Program-made: the position numbers and the translations under genes | Shown: positions 9,001-10,928 of the stretch, piece after piece | Position numbering within the stretch: position 1 is the first letter of the stretch | Layout: every line of letters starts with the position of its first letter | Assembly: GCA_043813605.1 (NCBI GenBank) | Contig: JBDRKX010000117.1 | Span: forward strand, 1-10,928 | Direction: 5' to 3' | Length of the DNA stretch: 10,928 bases | From: Elusimicrobiota bacterium | GTDB taxonomy: Bacteria > CG03 > SLGR01 > JBDRKX01 | The notes under the pieces: model-generated | What the model saw: only the letters and a program-made list of their open reading frames with translations | Told to the model about the DNA's origin: nothing | The model's database searches: none

Positions 9001-10926
9001 TTCATCATCGAGCTGGTATTCGGGACTGTCTTTTGAAAGATACATGAGAAGGCCGCCTATAGGCCCGAAATCATTTATGTACGCAGATATATCGCTGTCT
9101 GTTTCCCCGTATATCATCTCTAGATTGGTCTTACCGGTATCTGTTGCAGTTTCAAGCTCTTTGTCAAAATTCATCGAATTTGACGAGACTATTTCCGAAA
9201 GTTTCTTTGTACTGTACAGCTCTTCATAGATCGGTTTCAGCAGGGACAGCGCTTTCAGCCGGACATCCGGGACCGTATTTGTCAGCAGGTTTTCATGATA
9301 CTGCAGCCGGTCCTGGTCAAAAGAATCCTTCTGCTGATCAAAGAGTTTGGAATAGATCCTTCCCAGCGCATCTATAACTGCCAGGGACCTGCCGGCTCCC
9401 CTTGTAATAATATTTTTCAGCATAAGACCTATCCAGTATTCTTCGAACACCTGTTGTTCTATAAGTCTTACATATATATCTCCGAGCACGGTAAAAGCCG
9501 TATCGTGTACACCGAACGCGGTATCAAGTACACCGAACTCCAGGTCTTCTATGTTCTTGAGTTTTTTCCTGTCAAAAGTTCCGGTATCGATCTGTTTTAA
9601 ATAGACCCTTCCAAGAGCTTCCAGCGCTGCTTTACGGACATTCAGACCGGTATCCTTCAGCCTGCTTTCAATTAAAGAAAGGTCAACCTCATCGTACCGG
9701 CCGGTTTCTATAAATGCAGCATATACATGAGACAATGCGATCATCAGCATTGCATCCAGATCGTCATCTTCACCGATCAAGTTTTTCAGTTTTTCTGTTC
9801 CCTCAAATCCTGCTTGAACATTTTTCTCTATAAATCCGGCATAAATATTACCGAGAGCTAAAGCCGCCGCCTGGCGCTCACTGTTTTTACCTTTTGCCAG
9901 TATACCCTCGAGAGTTTTCACATCGGCACTCCCATTGATCACCATTTGTGTATATACTTTTCCTTGAGACCTGACAGCTTCCTTTTTAACTGTATTGTCT
10001 TCATCATCAAGCCTTTCAGAAAGTTTATCATTACCGGCTTCTGTCATCGGCCTATCCAGGTAAAGAATACCGGCTACCCTTACAGCTATCTCCCGCACGG
10101 CAGCATCATGGTGTGTCAGCTTTTCTTCAATTTCTTCTATCGGGAGTTTTCCCTGTCTGATTAACTCCGCGTAAAGCTCAGTAAAAACATCGGTTACAGC
10201 CGGCCGGATATCCTCGTTCCAGAAATCCAGTTTTCTCTCCACGGCACGGAGTCTTGCCACATTGAATTCTCCTGTTCCGATAAGTTCGTAATAGACACGG
10301 CCCAGAGCGCGGATAACCATTTCTACGATTTCCGGCTGTGTCTCCTTTTTGATCATCGCCTCCATAGAATACATCCACGCGCTGTCATAATTACCGCGCC
10401 GTATATGTTCGGCTAATATTGTTCCGGAAGCTCTTATCGCTGATCTCCTGATATCATCTTCCTTATGTTTGAGCAGTTCTTTTATCTTCGGATGCTTATA
10501 TCCGATATAACCGAGCGTATCTACCAGCCTCACTGTTCCTTCAATGCCCAATCCGTCCCAAATATCTACCTGTTTTTCAAGCTCTGTAAAAAGTGCCGGA
10601 AATTCGACAGCCAGTTTTATCAGACCCTTACTATTTACCGTATTATCCGGTGAACTGAGATCTATTGCAATTTTTTCTATTTCCAGATGTATTCTTTCTT
10701 CCAGTTTTTCATCTAAAGTATTGCGGGAAAGATACATGATAAGACCGCCGGCAGCGCCGTATTGTGTCAGGTAATCGCCTATATCGCTCTCTATTTCATT
10801 GAATATCTCTTCAAGTGCGACATTATGTATTTTCATCTTATATATCATCGTCTTTATCCTGGCAGCGTCTTCGGGCGTATTCATCCTGAGGAAATAGACC
10901 TCCCTCAACGCCCAGGCAAACGCTTC
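1..10926 (-). CDS. Internal fragment (3642 aa, 5'- and 3'-truncated) of a giant multidomain membrane-anchored protein: HEAT arrays - 2x AAA+ - metallopeptidase - vWA - CPBP-like - Mpv17/PMP22-like - atypical kinase
   Basis: Manual translation of the minus frame whose codons start at positions divisible by 3. No TAA/TAG/TGA (no tta/cta/tca triplet in + frame 1) from EAFAWALREVYF (10926) to ...AKTFSALDR (1). Recognisable protein motifs occur throughout this frame. Confidence 0.96.
200..880 (-). other. Domain: atypical kinase, HipA/PI3-PI4-kinase-like fold
   Basis: Motifs in the expected order: IFLAK (Lys 850-852), RRELLAYMIG (helix-C Glu 790-792), LVFNTLIGKYDAYVKN (catalytic-loop-like D 568-570, N 553-555), PVVFDHDAAF (metal-binding D 514-516), then the C-terminal helix WLEERADSL. 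Confidence 0.7.
960..1500 (-). other. Domain: Mpv17/PMP22-family-like 4-TM membrane domain
   Basis: Colinear family hallmarks: LYSLLLDDHALITKVVTAFGLGVLGDYLAQ ... DRKRL ... GVMLHYWYAGLEYLFPGTGVKAVISKI ... WSTTKMDLVYWALIMNPITFFVLPVELRVVFQNIVNIPYLVWLS. Confidence 0.85.
2030..2390 (-). other. Domain: CPBP (CAAX protease/Abi, Rce1-like) intramembrane-protease-like, degenerate first motif
   Basis: Four hydrophobic segments carrying ENLIFQG (2344-2364; canonical EExxFRG), STLVFTMLH (FxxxH 2233-2247) and HLAYN (HxxxN 2035-2049) in the correct order. Confidence 0.65.
2440..3130 (-). other. Domain: von Willebrand factor A with intact MIDAS (midasin/CobT/NorD-type)
   Basis: ITLLMDSSGSM (DxSxS 2956-2970), GSTHD (Thr), MIIVLTDGEG (Asp), VKVIGVGIG and the terminal helix LEELPNAFRKIL. 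It is preceded by GQSRGKEIDWNRF...FWMSKVIPTKR, typical of the pre-vWA segment of midasin/CobT-like proteins. Confidence 0.93.
3270..3600 (-). other. Acidic/charged low-complexity linker (E/D/K/G-rich)
   Basis: EEMMDEESKSEETGEQPEGKPEQ...FEEDKKGEETPADPGEEAGEGKQDKKDGKEADSE lies between the peptidase-like and vWA domains. Confidence 0.85.
3600..4250 (-). other. Domain: zincin-like metallopeptidase (CobT-N-like, vWA-associated)
   Basis: GTAIHESMH (HExxH 4081-4095) preceded by short beta strands (IKVRPG-VWSHN-VFTYP). It is followed by LFNAVEDPRVE, which supplies a candidate third acidic ligand. Confidence 0.8.
4250..4503 (-). repeat. Two ~35-aa helical repeats at 50-aa spacing
   Basis: LSAEEGEKLKEQAEDVMKKMGIPKEFRENIRRQL (from 4503) versus LTPEEEKAIKAKTEEIIEKMSIDPELREEVHYKV (from 4353). 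Confidence 0.7.
4575..5075 (-). repeat. Two tandem ~80-90-aa beta-rich repeats (possibly SH3/Tudor-like)
   Basis: KGIYKPGDRVWG..KVPAYRVTGYKQGIGYTVEE..GIMSEEDLF versus KSIYPEGAVLFG..NIPAYRIDKYVEGRGYKVQE..GYKQQDELF. The PAYR cores are 240 nt apart. Confidence 0.8.
5100..5660 (-). other. Domain: AAA+ ATPase module B (midasin/MoxR/dynein-related)
   Basis: Walker A GQAASGKS (5545-5568); EGVLIKAMTRGWCLVLEEVN (Walker B variant, EE 5362-5367); sensor I KIHDDFRLFTTMNP; arginine finger GRNELPVPFRNRF. Confidence 0.93.
5780..6870 (-). other. Domain: AAA+ ATPase module A with helical lid (midasin/MoxR/dynein-related)
   Basis: Walker A GQTSTGKT (6754-6777); RVQVNSSMDELDLIG; FLEALEAGHWILLDEINLA (Walker B DE 6340-6345); sensor I IFAAGN; arginine finger FSEAFESR; sensor II YRFTLRNL. 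Confidence 0.95.
7080..8780 (-). repeat. HEAT-like repeat array 2 (~14 repeats of ~40 aa)
   Basis: Recurring consensus FD..KL..LE..L.D....VR.AAV.ALG.IY..LI..G, e.g. LTALENKLSDGKWQVREAAVNILGVVYLELLQNG and LDILIELLGNSDTDVRQAAVNAITGIYRKYIEN. Confidence 0.9.
8815..9123 (-). repeat. Helical cap module, copy 2
   Basis: LEMIYGETDSDISAYINDFGPIGGLLMYLS..EIKKIAVGL..ILKLAYLFPEFFIEIDRQHDIWG..LRLIDYL is homologous to 10500-10815 (offset 1692 nt at the SDI motif). Confidence 0.85.
9190..10495 (-). repeat. HEAT-like repeat array 1 (~11 repeats of ~40 aa)
   Basis: Same consensus as array 2, e.g. LSLIESRLKDTGLNVRKAALEALGRVYLKQIDTG, IEEKLTHHDAAVREIAVRVAGILY and LSERLDDEDNTVKKEAVRSQGKVY. Confidence 0.9.
10500..10815 (-). 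repeat. Helical cap module, copy 1
   Basis: LEEIFNEIESDIGDYLTQYGAAGGLIMYLS..EIEKIAIDL..LIKLAVEFPALFTELEKQVDIWD..VRLVDTL is homologous to 8815-9123. Confidence 0.85.
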
Positions 10927-10928
10927 TG

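Noticed and set aside
905..10378. Short minus-strand ORFs 905-1099, 3165-3416, 8037-8243 and 10178-10378
   Set aside because: These are off-frame overlaps within the giant CDS. The basic 3165-3416 peptide is just the shifted reading of the acidic linker.
418..10774. All plus-strand ORFs in the track, including 2047-2844 (265 aa), 4261-5208 (315 aa) and 7868-8551 (227 aa)
   Set aside because: They lie antisense to the motif-rich giant CDS, several in exact codon register with it. Their F/S/I/L-rich compositions mirror its E/K/D codons and they show no recognisable motifs.
1..10928. Alternative genetic code or stop readthrough as the explanation for the long frame; RNA genes, CRISPR, IS elements, promoters, terminators
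   Set aside because: The frame contains no stop codon of any type, so no recoding is needed. The window is entirely coding, and I saw no spaced repeats, terminal inverted repeats or RNA-gene signatures.

Overview
The whole window is one uninterrupted reading frame on the minus strand (10926 down to 1, 3642 codons). I translated it by hand and found no in-frame stop. It is open at both edges, so it is an internal fragment of a giant protein, which is why the ORF track misses it. All ORFs in the track appear to be antisense or off-frame shadows of this gene. Domain order N->C (high to low coordinate): possible tail of an AAA+ lid; two copies of a [~105-aa helical cap + HEAT-like array] supermodule (~11 and ~14 repeats); two tandem midasin/MoxR-type AAA+ ATPase modules, the first with a ~75-aa helical H2 insertion; two ~80-aa small beta-rich repeats; a HExxH zincin-like (CobT-N-like) metallopeptidase domain; an acidic low-complexity linker; a vWA domain with intact MIDAS; a degenerate CPBP/CAAX-protease-like membrane domain; an Mpv17/PMP22-like membrane domain; a HipA/PI3-PI4-kinase-like atypical kinase domain; then unassigned sequence. 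The intron-free giant mosaic suggests a prokaryote and recalls giant proteins reported from Omnitrophota, but taxonomy is inference only. All domain calls rest on motifs recognised by eye, not database searches. I saw no RNA genes, mobile elements, CRISPR arrays or intergenic sequence.
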